Of a DNA stretch of 64,000 bases, positions 9,698 through 19,017 are shown piece by piece. A program made the position numbers and the translations under genes. The stretch spans positions 2,304,001 to 2,368,000 of the forward strand of contig OZ245002.1 of assembly GCA_965223415.1 (NCBI GenBank), given 5' to 3'. Position 1 is the first letter of the stretch; every line of letters begins with the position of its first letter. The notes under the pieces were generated by a model. It did no database searches and was not told the DNA's origin. It saw only the letters and a program-made list of their open reading frames with translations. The DNA is from Myxococcota bacterium (GTDB lineage Bacteria; Myxococcota_A; UBA9160; UBA6930).

Positions 9698-10872
9698 TGG
9701 ATTTCGAGCTCACTCCGGAAGAGCAGGCCTTCGAGGCCGAGGTCGAGGCGTTCCTGAGCGAGCACCACTCGCCGGAGGTCATGGACGCCCACCCGGAGCA
9801 GCTCTCCCAGACCGTGGAGACGCCGGCCAAGCGCGCCTTCATGCGCAAGCTCGCCGAGAAGGGCTGGCTCGGCATGTCCTGGCCGAAGGAGTACGGCGGC
9901 CAGGAGAAGTCCGGCATCTACGACTTCATCCTCACGGAAGCGCTCTCCCGCCACGGAGCGCCCCAGCCCGGCAAGGGTGTGGGCATCGTCGGCAAGACGA
10001 TCATCCGCAACGGCTCGGAGCGCATGAAGCGGGAGTTCCTGCCCCAGATCATCCGCGGCGAGATCGAGTTCGCCATCGGCTACAGCGAGCCGAACGCCGG
10101 CTCCGACGCCGCCAACATGCAGCTCAAGGCCGAGAAGGTCGAGGGCGGCTGGCTGCTGAACGGCCAGAAGACCTGGACCACCTCCGCCCACTTCGTCGAC
10201 TGGTACTGGGTCGGAGCGCGCACCGACCCGAGCCACAAGCACAAGGGCATCACGCTCTTCCTCATCCCGATGGACCACGAAGGCTTCACGATCCGCCCCG
10301 TGCACACCATCGGAGACGAGCGCACGAACGAGGTGTTCTTCGACGCCGTGTTCGTCTCGGACGACTACGTGGTGGGCGAAGTGAACCGGGGCTGGACCTA
10401 CATCTGCGAAGCCCTCGACCTGGAGCGCTTCGCGATGATGCCGGTCGGGCCGTTGGAGATGAAGGTGGGCGCCCTCTGCGACTGGGTTCGCACCGCCCAG
10501 CGGGACGGCGAGCCCGTGAAGGATCGTCCCGATGCCCGGGAGGGCGTCGCCGACGCTGTCACCGAGCTCGAGGTATCGCGGATGCTCCAGCGCCGCGTCA
10601 TCTCCGCCGCCCTGGAAGGCGGTGTCCCCACCATCGAGTCGAGCCAGTACAAGCTCTTCATGAACGAGACCGGCCAACGCGTGGCCGACGCCGCCCTCGA
10701 CCTGATGGGTCCCGAAGGCCAGCTGGGGCCCGACCAGCCCGGCGCCCCCCTGAACGGCCGCTTCGAGCGCAGCTACCGCTACACCGTCGTCGACACCATC
10801 GGCGGCGGCGCCAGCGAGATCCAGAAGAACATCATCGCCCGCCGCGGCCTGGGCCTCCCCCCCACCTTCTGA
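9697..10872 (+). CDS. Acyl-CoA dehydrogenase (FadE26/FadE29-like group)
   Basis: Motifs FAIGYSEPNAGSD, NGQKTWTTSAH, TNEVFFD and TIGGGASEIQKNIIA. Confidence 0.9.
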   Translation: MDFELTPEEQAFEAEVEAFLSEHHSPEVMDAHPEQLSQTVETPAKRAFMRKLAEKGWLGMSWPKEYGGQEKSGIYDFILTEALSRHGAPQPGKGVGIVGKTIIRNGSERMKREFLPQIIRGEIEFAIGYSEPNAGSDAANMQLKAEKVEGGWLLNGQKTWTTSAHFVDWYWVGARTDPSHKHKGITLFLIPMDHEGFTIRPVHTIGDERTNEVFFDAVFVSDDYVVGEVNRGWTYICEALDLERFAMMPVGPLEMKVGALCDWVRTAQRDGEPVKDRPDAREGVADAVTELEVSRMLQRRVISAALEGGVPTIESSQYKLFMNETGQRVADAALDLMGPEGQLGPDQPGAPLNGRFERSYRYTVVDTIGGGASEIQKNIIARRGLGLPPTF

Positions 10873-10880
10873 CCACCGAA

Positions 10881-10963
10881 TGAAGAAACGGGGCCAGAGT
10901 TAAGAATGAAGTTCTCGCCCCTCGGGGCCTTTCTTCATTCTTAACTCTGGCCCCGTTTCTTCA
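10881..10963. repeat. Repeat family B: 31-bp perfect inverted repeat (REPIN-like hairpin)
   Basis: TGAAGAAACGGGGCCAGAGTTAAGAATGAAG (10881-10911) and its exact reverse complement (10933-10963), with a 21-nt loop, between convergent genes. Confidence 0.9.
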
Positions 10964-11009
10964 CGCGATCACGCTGGAAGGAGCGAAGCGCGGCTCGTCG
11001 AGAGAGCCG

Positions 11010-11729
11010 CTACGCCCCGTCCTGGAGCTGGCAGACGTAAAGGATGTGGGGGTAGGGAAGCCAGTCCCGCATGCGGTGGGTCTTGACGTCGAAGCCGAGC
11101 CCTTCGAGGAGCGCCTTCATTTCGGACGGCGGCCAATAACGGATCGGTTCCTTCCAGCCGACCATCAGGCGGTCGAGCAGGAGGGTGAACCACATCTTCC
11201 AGCGCGGGCGGTCCTCCACCTCCTTGACGAGCAGCGTTCCGCCCGGGCGCAGGCAGCGGCGTAGGCGGGTGAGGAAGGGCGCGACCTCGTCCTGGGGAAG
11301 GTGGTGGAGCAGGTCGAGGACGTAGGCGGCGTCGAAGCTCTCGTCCGTGTCCCACTCGGCGGCGTCGGCCACCTCGTAGCGGGCGTTGTCGAGGCCCATG
11401 CGTCGCACGGCCTCGTTGGCGTCGGCGATCCGGCGCTGGTTGATGTCGATGCCGAACATCTGCCGGCCCGGCTCGCGGGCGGCGAAGTACAGGGAGAAGA
11501 AGCCGAAGCCGCAGCCCAGGTCGAGCACCCGGCCGTGCGCCGGAAGGTACTGGCCGATCTCCTCCAGAAAGATCTCGCGCAGGATGGTGAAGCGGCCCCG
11601 GGAGTAGAGGCGGATGACCCAGCTGTCGAAGGCGCCGATCACGTTTTCGATCGGGTCGCCGATGGGAGTCAGGGCGTCGCTCCCGGCGTCCTGCTCATGA
11701 GCTGCGCTTTGCTGCACGTCCGACCCCAT
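11010..11729 (-). CDS. Class I SAM-dependent methyltransferase
   Basis: Motifs VLDLGCGFG, GIDIN, DLLHHLP and LRPGGTLLVKE. Start choice is supported by TACCAT 6 nt upstream. Confidence 0.85.
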   Translation of the reverse strand: MGSDVQQSAAHEQDAGSDALTPIGDPIENVIGAFDSWVIRLYSRGRFTILREIFLEEIGQYLPAHGRVLDLGCGFGFFSLYFAAREPGRQMFGIDINQRRIADANEAVRRMGLDNARYEVADAAEWDTDESFDAAYVLDLLHHLPQDEVAPFLTRLRRCLRPGGTLLVKEVEDRPRWKMWFTLLLDRLMVGWKEPIRYWPPSEMKALLEGLGFDVKTHRMRDWLPYPHILYVCQLQDGA

Positions 11730-11857
11730 GCCAAGATGGTAACGCCTTCGTGGGTGGCGCCTGTGGCCTCGTCGGTGTCGCCGGCCGTTCGGCCGGGGTG
11801 CCGAAGCCCATTGTGTCCGCACGGCTGGAGAGCCCGTTGCCGATTCCCGATGCATCC

Positions 11858-13552
11858 GTGAACGGCCAGGGGAAGGGCCGCCTGCTGGGCCCCGCCGTGC
11901 TCGCGGCGGCCCTGGCCTGTGCCGCAGTGATCCTCGGGATCCACCGCGAGAGCCCTTTCACGCTGGTTTCCGCCCACGGTCTCCTTCACTCGGCCATCGC
12001 CGAACGCTTCTTGATCGCGCCGGGCGTGTTTCCGCCCGAGAACCCCTTCTTCGCCGGCGAGCCCCTCGCCTACTACTGGACCCTGCACGCGCTGGCGGCC
12101 GGGCTCGCGAGCGCCACCGGCCTCGACGTGCTGCGCGCGATCGAGGCGATCGTGGTCGCCGGGGCGATGGCCCTGGTGGTGCTCGCCGCCGGCCTCGGGC
12201 GCAGCTGGCACGGCCGGGTCGGCTTCGGGCTGGTGGTGGCCTTCCTGGTGCTGGCCGGGGCCCACGCCCAGGCGCCGCTGGTGCTGGCCGGCCGGGCACT
12301 CCTCGCCGGCGGGCTCCCGGTCGACGACGGCACGTACCTGTGGGGTCTCGTGCACCCCGCGTCCCATTGGATGCGGATCGGCGATCCCTACGGCCAGCTC
12401 GGCCCCCTGGTCAACTACTTCCTGAACACGACCTCCCGGCCGCTCGCCCTCGCGACCCTGGTCGGCGTGCTGTGGGCGCTCGGCGCGGCGCTCCGCGGTG
12501 TGCGGCGGGCGTGGCTCGCGCTCCTGCTCGCGACGGCGCTGCTCTCCCTGTGGAGCCCGATCGTCGCGATCGCCGGCGGGCTCTCGCTGGTCGGCGCGTT
12601 GGCGGTCGTGGCGGTGGCGCGACACGTCGGGCTCCTCGGGCTCGACGAAGCGGCCCGCTTCTCGGCGCTGTTCGCCGGGGCGGCGATCCTGGGCGGGATC
12701 GCCCTCGGCTTCCCCAGCTACGGTCACCTGCTCGGCGGCGTTGGCGGCGAGGGCAACGGGCTCCTCGGCGGAGGCTGGCTCACGGCGCTGCACAATGCGC
12801 TCGGCGCCTTCGCCTCCGGATGGGCCGTGGCCGCGCTGGCCGCGCTGGGGTGGTGGCGTGCACCGAAGGCGCGCCGGGCGGAGCTCGCGGTGTGCCTGGT
12901 GGCGGCGGCGCCCCTGCTGCTCGCGACGGCGCTCATCGTGCTGCCCGCCGGCAACTTCGTGAACTTTTACCACGTGGCCCTCGTGCTGCTCGCCGTGCCG
13001 GCGGCCGGTGCGCTCCGTGCGGCCGACGGCAGCCTCGCCTGGCGGCCCCTGGCCGTCGTGCTGCTCCTCTTCGGCCCGACCCTGCTGCTGGTCCTGTGGA
13101 CCTACACCGGGCGCCCGCCCACGGAGGTCGCGGTTCGCGAAGGTCGGCTGGTGCAGCGGGACGGGCCTCGCGCGGTGGTCTACGACTGGCTCCGGGATCG
13201 CTCGCCCGCCGACTCCGTGGTCGTGATCGATCCCGGCCCGCCGACCCGGGCCTCCCAGGGCAATACGGCGGAGCTGCCCGCGCTGACCGGGCGCAGCCTG
13301 TGGACCGAGCGGGCGCATCACTACATCGTGTCGCCCTACCCGGACGTCGCCCAGCGCGTGGAGATCGCCCAGAGGCTCGCGGCCGGCCACCCAGCGAAGC
13401 CGGACGGCGAGGCCCGGCTCTCCGCTCTGGGCCGACCGCTCTTCGTGCTGGTGGAAGGGCCCGCTCGCACCGGAGCCGCGCTGAGCTGGGGCGAGCCGGT
13501 CGTCGAGGCCGGAGAGCTGGCCCTCTTCCAATGGCGGCCGACCGCGCGCTGA
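11858..13552 (+). CDS. Polytopic membrane protein, possibly GT-C-like glycosyltransferase
   Basis: Many hydrophobic segments, an N-terminal PPENPFFAGEPLAYYW loop and a C-terminal DWLRDRSPADSVV domain. Start uncertain. Confidence 0.6.
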   Translation: MNGQGKGRLLGPAVLAAALACAAVILGIHRESPFTLVSAHGLLHSAIAERFLIAPGVFPPENPFFAGEPLAYYWTLHALAAGLASATGLDVLRAIEAIVVAGAMALVVLAAGLGRSWHGRVGFGLVVAFLVLAGAHAQAPLVLAGRALLAGGLPVDDGTYLWGLVHPASHWMRIGDPYGQLGPLVNYFLNTTSRPLALATLVGVLWALGAALRGVRRAWLALLLATALLSLWSPIVAIAGGLSLVGALAVVAVARHVGLLGLDEAARFSALFAGAAILGGIALGFPSYGHLLGGVGGEGNGLLGGGWLTALHNALGAFASGWAVAALAALGWWRAPKARRAELAVCLVAAAPLLLATALIVLPAGNFVNFYHVALVLLAVPAAGALRAADGSLAWRPLAVVLLLFGPTLLLVLWTYTGRPPTEVAVREGRLVQRDGPRAVVYDWLRDRSPADSVVVIDPGPPTRASQGNTAELPALTGRSLWTERAHHYIVSPYPDVAQRVEIAQRLAAGHPAKPDGEARLSALGRPLFVLVEGPARTGAALSWGEPVVEAGELALFQWRPTAR

Positions 13553-13597
13553 GGCCCGCGGGTCAGTCTCCCCCGCCGTTTCGCCGATGCGTCCGTC

Positions 13598-14050
13598 ATG
13601 CCCGCGCAACGACCGCCCGGCGAGCTGCTCCTCCAGATGCTGCGCGATCGCAGCCCGCTGATCCGCTACGCGCCGGGGGTCCTCGCCGCCTTCTTCGCGA
13701 TCTGTGTGATCGGCGCGTTCACGAAGGAGGGCAAGGAACGCGGGGAGCTCCTCTTCTATGCGGTGATGATCGCCGCCGTCGCCTCGCCGTTCGTGCTGCG
13801 TCGCCACCCACGTCTCCAGGGCGCAGCGATGGTGTTCAAGTTCCTGGTCGGCTTCGCCCTGTGTCTCGCGGGCGTCGCGGGATTCGTGTTCTCGATCGTG
13901 CTCTTCAAGGCTGGGAGCTACGGAATCCTGGGCGGGATGGTGTTCCTGCCCCTCTCGCTCGGCGCCCTCGTGTTCGGCTGGACCCTGATGATGCTGCCGG
14001 CGGTGCCGCCTCCCACCGCAGGGGCCCAGAACGCTCCAGAAGGCTCCTGA
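13598..14050 (+). CDS. Hypothetical membrane protein (about 4 TM)
   Basis: Four hydrophobic stretches and GC3-biased codons. Confidence 0.7.
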   Translation: MPAQRPPGELLLQMLRDRSPLIRYAPGVLAAFFAICVIGAFTKEGKERGELLFYAVMIAAVASPFVLRRHPRLQGAAMVFKFLVGFALCLAGVAGFVFSIVLFKAGSYGILGGMVFLPLSLGALVFGWTLMMLPAVPPPTAGAQNAPEGS

Positions 14051-14132
14051 ACGTCCGGACAGGCGTTTTTGACGGTCTTTCAAATACGCGGCCGGGGTGG
14101 TAGGATCGGGCTTCCGACCAGGAGGCTCCCCC

Positions 14133-15308
14133 ATGACCGATCTCGGCTACCCGGTCTACGACGCGGACAACCACTTCTACGAGACCGAAGAGGCGATGAC
14201 CGCCCACCTTCCGAAGAAATACCGGAAGGAGTTCCAGTACGTCGACGTGAACGGCCGCCGCAAGCTCGCGGTCGGCGGGTTCATCTCGGAGTACATCCCC
14301 AACCCCACCTTCGAGGTAGTGGCGGCGCCGGGCGCCCACGAGGCCTGGTACCGGGGCAAGAACACGGAAGGGCTCTCCTTCCGGGAGCTCTCGGGCACGC
14401 CGATCCGCTGCCCCGAGTCCTATCGCAACGGCGAGGATCGCCTCGAGCTGATGGACGAGCAGGGGATCCACGCGACGCTGGTGTTCCCGACCCTCGCCAG
14501 CGTGGTCGAAGAGAACATGAACCACGACCACGAGCTGGTGAATGCGGTGATCCACTCGCTCAACATCTGGATGGACGAGCAGTGGGGCTTCCACGAGCGG
14601 GAGCGCTTGTTCACCGTGCCCTTCGTGACACTGATGGACGTGGATATGGCGGTGGCCGAGCTGGAGTGGGCGCTCGAGCGCGGCGCGCGAACCGTGGGCG
14701 TTCGGCCGGCGCCGGTGCCGGGCTACCGGGGCTCGCGCTCCTTCGGTTTCCCGGAGTTCGATCCGTTCTGGGCGCGGGTGCAGGAGGCCGGGATCTTCGT
14801 GTCGATGCACGCGTCGGATTCCGGCTACGACCGCTACTCGCGCATGTGGCAGGGCGGCAAGGAGTTCCTGCCCTTTCAGCCGGATCCGTTCAAGCTGTGT
14901 ATGGGCGGTGGCAGCCGCGCGATCGCCGATTCGATGGCGGCGTTCATCTGCCACGGCGTCTTCGAGCGCTTCCCCGGCATCAAGGTGGCGAGCGTCGAGA
15001 ACGGCTCGAAGTGGGTGAAGCCGCTGCTGCAGACCTTCGAGCACGTCTACGGCCAGATGCCCAAGGAGTTCGCGCAGCACCCGGTGGAGCAGTTCCGGGA
15101 GCACGTCTACGTGGCGCCCTTCTACGAGGAGCCCATCGGCGAGCTCGCCGAGCTGATCGGCGTGAGCCAGATCCTCTTCGGCTCCGACTACCCGCACCCG
15201 GAAGGTCTCGCGGATCCCGTCGGCTTCGTCGACGAGCTCGGCGACCTCTCTCCCGCGGATCAGCGAAAGGTCATGAGCGACAACCTTCGAGAGCTCCTCG
15301 CCGCCTGA
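14133..15308 (+). CDS. Amidohydrolase family 2 protein
   Basis: RBS AGGAGG. Motifs YDADNHFYE, SMHASD, GVFERFP, VENG and LFGSDYPHPEG. Confidence 0.9.
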   Translation: MTDLGYPVYDADNHFYETEEAMTAHLPKKYRKEFQYVDVNGRRKLAVGGFISEYIPNPTFEVVAAPGAHEAWYRGKNTEGLSFRELSGTPIRCPESYRNGEDRLELMDEQGIHATLVFPTLASVVEENMNHDHELVNAVIHSLNIWMDEQWGFHERERLFTVPFVTLMDVDMAVAELEWALERGARTVGVRPAPVPGYRGSRSFGFPEFDPFWARVQEAGIFVSMHASDSGYDRYSRMWQGGKEFLPFQPDPFKLCMGGGSRAIADSMAAFICHGVFERFPGIKVASVENGSKWVKPLLQTFEHVYGQMPKEFAQHPVEQFREHVYVAPFYEEPIGELAELIGVSQILFGSDYPHPEGLADPVGFVDELGDLSPADQRKVMSDNLRELLAA

Positions 15309-15323
15309 TCGCAACCCAACCAA

Positions 15324-15358
15324 CAACTTAACAAACGGAACCGGTCTCTAGCTTAACA
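15324..15358 (+). repeat. Dispersed repeat family A copy
   Basis: CAACTTAACAAACGGAACCGGTCTCTAGCTTAACA. It contains the stop codon of the convergent minus-strand gene. Confidence 0.85.
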
Positions 15359-16067
15359 GGGTGTCGGGGTTGGTGGTGAAGTCGCGGTAGGAGTCGGGGA
15401 CGCGGAGGGCGTGCTCGGGGCGGCCGGGCTGGAAGGTGTAGCAGACGGGGCCGTTGCCGATGTCGCTGGCGCGTTGCCATTGGGCGGTGTCGAAGTGGCG
15501 CACGGGGGAGACGAACCAGGCTCGGCGCAGGACGATGGCGGCCTCGGCGAGCTCCGGGTCGAGGTTCTCCTGGCACCAGGCCATGAAGCGGCGTTGGAGG
15601 GGGACGCCGGTGAAAGGGGCCGGACCGGCGATCTCTGCTTCGCCGATCTGCCACTCGAGAACGGGCTCACCGTCGCGGACGCAGCGCGCGATCGTTCGGC
15701 CCGCCTCGTCGTCCTGCACCGTACAGTGGTACTCGCGCCGCGGCGTGCCGCGGGCGGCCTGGGCTACGACCAGGCCCGCCAGGTCGAACTGATGGGTGCA
15801 GGCATGAGTGGGCTCGGCGTGGCGGCCGACCGCGGTGCTGCTCTCGGAGAGCGGCATGCCGACGAGCTTCTGCAGCTCTCCCGCTGCGTGGGGGCAGCTC
15901 GTCCACGGATGGCGCACAGCCTCGCCGCGGATGGCGGTCACCCGCTTGCCGTCGTGGGCGAGCCAGACGCGGAAGTGATGCGGGTTGTCGGCGACGTCGC
16001 CCTGGAGCTCGCGCCCCTCCACGACGATGCGGATCTTCCGGTGGTAGGCGGGTGTGCCCAGGGTCAG
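15348..16067 (-). CDS. DUF2889-like protein (start uncertain: CTG at 16067 or GTG at 16022)
   Basis: YHRKIRIVV...DNPHHF, RHPWTSCP, CTHQFDLAG and C-terminal VCYTFQP. Confidence 0.75.
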   Translation of the reverse strand: MTLGTPAYHRKIRIVVEGRELQGDVADNPHHFRVWLAHDGKRVTAIRGEAVRHPWTSCPHAAGELQKLVGMPLSESSTAVGRHAEPTHACTHQFDLAGLVVAQAARGTPRREYHCTVQDDEAGRTIARCVRDGEPVLEWQIGEAEIAGPAPFTGVPLQRRFMAWCQENLDPELAEAAIVLRRAWFVSPVRHFDTAQWQRASDIGNGPVCYTFQPGRPEHALRVPDSYRDFTTNPDTLLS

Positions 16068-16861
16068 CGTCCCTTGAAGACCGGATCCCGGCGCTCGACG
16101 AAGGAGGCCACGCCTTCGGCGGCGTCCTCGCTATTCGCCAGCCGGCGCTGGGTCTCGCGGAACTCAGACACCGCCGCCTCCTGCCCCTTCAGGGCGTAGA
16201 GTCGCGACGAAGCCTTGGTCGCCTGGATCGCGAGCGGCGCCAGGGCGCAGATCTTCTCGCCCAGCTCGATCGCCCGGTCGAGCTCCGTTCCCGCCGGCAC
16301 GACCTCCTGCACGAGTCCACAGCGCAGGGCCTCCGCCGCGTCGAACTCTTCGACCACCAGCAGGTGGTACATGGCGTTGCCCCAACCGCCACGCTCGACG
16401 AAGCGGATCGTCGCGCCGCCGGTCGCCATGATCCCGCGCTTCGGCTCGAGCTGGGAGAAGCGGCAGTCGTCGGCCGCCACCACGATGTCCGCACCGAGCA
16501 TCCACTCGATGCCCGCGGTGAAGGTGATGCCGCGCACCGCGACCACGACGGGCTTGCGGCAGCACCGTCCGCTGAGCCCCGTGGGATCCACTCGTGCGCT
16601 TCCACGTTCCGCCCCGCCGGACTCCTTCATGCGGTCGTGCCACTTCGGCAGGTCGAGACCCGCCGTGAAGTGATCGCCGTGGCCGAAGAGCACACCGACG
16701 CGCAGCTCCTCGTCCTCGTCGAGCCGGGTGTAGGCATCCACCAGCTCGTCCCACATCTTCGGCGTGATGCCGTTGCGCTTCTCGGGCCGGTCGATGCCGA
16801 TCAGCAGGAGATGCCCTCGCTGCTCGACGCTGATGCCGCCCTCCGGATCCCGCCCGCTCAA
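16064..16861 (-). CDS. Crotonase/enoyl-CoA hydratase family protein
   Basis: TTG start overlapping the SDR stop. Motifs IDRPEKRN, HFTAGLDL, KPVVVAVRG and EDAAEGVASFVERR. Confidence 0.9.
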   Translation of the reverse strand: MSGRDPEGGISVEQRGHLLLIGIDRPEKRNGITPKMWDELVDAYTRLDEDEELRVGVLFGHGDHFTAGLDLPKWHDRMKESGGAERGSARVDPTGLSGRCCRKPVVVAVRGITFTAGIEWMLGADIVVAADDCRFSQLEPKRGIMATGGATIRFVERGGWGNAMYHLLVVEEFDAAEALRCGLVQEVVPAGTELDRAIELGEKICALAPLAIQATKASSRLYALKGQEAAVSEFRETQRRLANSEDAAEGVASFVERRDPVFKGR

Positions 16862-17760
16862 GACTTCGGCCTCGCGAAGGGGTTGGGCTGGTAGATGGCC
16901 TCGCGGAAGGCCGTCTCCATCTCGGCGATGGCGACGTCGTGGTCCCACAGGCCGTCGGTCATGATCTGGCGGGTCATCACCGGGTTCGAGAACAGCCCGA
17001 TCTTGCCGTTGCCCGCCTCGATCACGCGCCCGTTGATCCAGTCGCTCTGCTCCATGGCGAGGTAGAGGACCGGCGGCACCACGTTGGCCGCGGAGATGCG
17101 CGGGTTGTCCGCGCTGTAGTCCATCACGGTGCTCTTGCCCTCCAGGCTCGCCGTCATCCGGGTGAAGGCGATCGGCGCCACGCAGTTGGCCGTCACGCCG
17201 TAGCCCCCCAGCGAGTTGGCGCACGAGAAGGTGAGACCGACGATGCCCATCTTGGCGGCGGCGTAGTTCGGCTGGGTGGGTGAGCCGTAGAGCCCCGACC
17301 CGGAGACGAAGTTGATGATGCGGTACTGGCCGCCGCGGTTCTCCCGCCACCAGGCCGAGGCGTGGCGAATCGTGTTGAACGTGCCCTTCAGGTGCACGCC
17401 GATCACCGCATCCCAGTGCTCCTCTTCGAGCTTGAAGATCATGCCGTCGCGGATGATCCCCGCGACGTTCACGAGCACGTCGAGGCGGCCAAACTCGTCG
17501 ACGGCGCGCTGGATCATCGCCTGGACGGCCGCGAAGTCCGTCACGTCGGTTCCGTCCGCGATCGCCTTGCCACCGGCCGCGCTGATCCGTCGGGCGACCT
17601 CCTGGGCGGGGCCCGCATCGGAGCCGCCCCCTTCCATCGGCGCGCCCAAATCGTTCACGAGCACCGAGGCACCCTCGGCCGCGAAGCACTCGGCCACCGC
17701 GGCGCCGATGCCGCGGCCTCCACCGGTGATGACGGCGACCCGTCCGTCGAGCTTTCCCAT
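16858..17760 (-). CDS. SDR family oxidoreductase
   Basis: Motifs TGGGRGIG, VNDLG, NVAGIIRD and QPNYAAAK. Confidence 0.92.
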   Translation of the reverse strand: MGKLDGRVAVITGGGRGIGAAVAECFAAEGASVLVNDLGAPMEGGGSDAGPAQEVARRISAAGGKAIADGTDVTDFAAVQAMIQRAVDEFGRLDVLVNVAGIIRDGMIFKLEEEHWDAVIGVHLKGTFNTIRHASAWWRENRGGQYRIINFVSGSGLYGSPTQPNYAAAKMGIVGLTFSCANSLGGYGVTANCVAPIAFTRMTASLEGKSTVMDYSADNPRISAANVVPPVLYLAMEQSDWINGRVIEAGNGKIGLFSNPVMTRQIMTDGLWDHDVAIAEMETAFREAIYQPNPFARPKS

Positions 17761-17833
17761 GTCGTCTCCTGCCGTCCGTGGGGTTCGGAAGCGGCGCATG
17801 GTAGCGGTTCCCCTGCGGTAGCATCCACACCCG

Positions 17834-19012
17834 ATGATCTACGACCCCTACTCGAGGGCGATGCAGGAGGACCCGTTCCCCGTCTATCACCATTTCCTCG
17901 AGAACGAGCCCTGCACCTGGAACGCGAAGATGGACTTCTACGCCCTCTTCCGCTTCCAGGACGTCTGGGACGCGACCCTCGATTGGGAGACCTACAGCTC
18001 GCGGCTCGGGCCCTCCCTCGAGAATCGCGGCGAGCTGCCCGGCGAGCTGATGTCGATCATCGGCATGGACCCGCCGCGGCACGTGCGGCTGCGCACGTTG
18101 ATCTCGAAGGGCTTCACGCCCCGGCGCATCGCCGCCCTCGAAGCGGAGATCCGCGCCATCGCCGCCCACTATCTCGACGCCTTCGTGGCCGCCGGCGGCG
18201 GGGAGATCCAGGAGGCCTTCTCGAGCAAGCTGCCGATGGACGTGATCAGTGCGTTGCTCGGCATTCCGGAGGAGGCGCGGGAGGAGTACCGGGTCGGCGT
18301 CGATCTCATGCTCCGGCGCGACCCGGAGACCGGGGCCATCCCCGAAGAAGCCGGGCCCGCCAGCGCCCGCAACCGCGAGACCCTGGTGCGCCTCCTCGAG
18401 GAGCGGCGGCGGCGCCCCCGGGAGGACCTGATCACCGTGCTGGCGAAGAGTGCGCTCGAGGACGCCGACGGAACGAAGCGGCCGCTCCGCGACGACGAGG
18501 TCGCCGCCTTCGTCGGCCTCCTCGCCGCCGCCGGCTACGAGACGACCACCAAGCTGCTCGGCAACTGCTTCGTCTACCTGGCCCGCCACCCGGACCAGCG
18601 CCGGGTGCTGTGGGACGACCCCTCCCTGATTCCGAACGCCGTGGAGGAGGTGCTTCGCTACGACGCGCCCTCCCAGTTCCAGGGACGCGTGGCGGAGCGA
18701 GACGTGACCGTCTACGGCGTGACCATCCCGAAGGGCGCCCGGGTCGCACTCGTCACCGGTGCCGCCTGCCGGGACCCGCGCGAGTTCGACGAGCCCGATC
18801 GTCTCGATCTCCGCCGCCGCGCGCCGCGCCAGCTCTACTTCGGCTACGGCCATCACGTGTGCATCGGCAAGTCCCTGGCGCGTCTCGAAGCGCGACTCGC
18901 CCTCGAGGAGGTCGCCGCGCGCTTTCCGGACTACGAGGTCGACGAGGCAGGCCTGACGCGCACCTATCAAGCCCACGTTCGTGGCTTCGCCACCGTTCCG
19001 CTGCGGGTCTGA
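17834..19012 (+). CDS. Cytochrome P450
   Basis: Motifs MDPPRH, AAGYETT, EVLR and the heme motif FGYGHHVCIG. Confidence 0.95.
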   Translation: MIYDPYSRAMQEDPFPVYHHFLENEPCTWNAKMDFYALFRFQDVWDATLDWETYSSRLGPSLENRGELPGELMSIIGMDPPRHVRLRTLISKGFTPRRIAALEAEIRAIAAHYLDAFVAAGGGEIQEAFSSKLPMDVISALLGIPEEAREEYRVGVDLMLRRDPETGAIPEEAGPASARNRETLVRLLEERRRRPREDLITVLAKSALEDADGTKRPLRDDEVAAFVGLLAAAGYETTTKLLGNCFVYLARHPDQRRVLWDDPSLIPNAVEEVLRYDAPSQFQGRVAERDVTVYGVTIPKGARVALVTGAACRDPREFDEPDRLDLRRRAPRQLYFGYGHHVCIGKSLARLEARLALEEVAARFPDYEVDEAGLTRTYQAHVRGFATVPLRV

Positions 19013-19017
19013 AAGAA

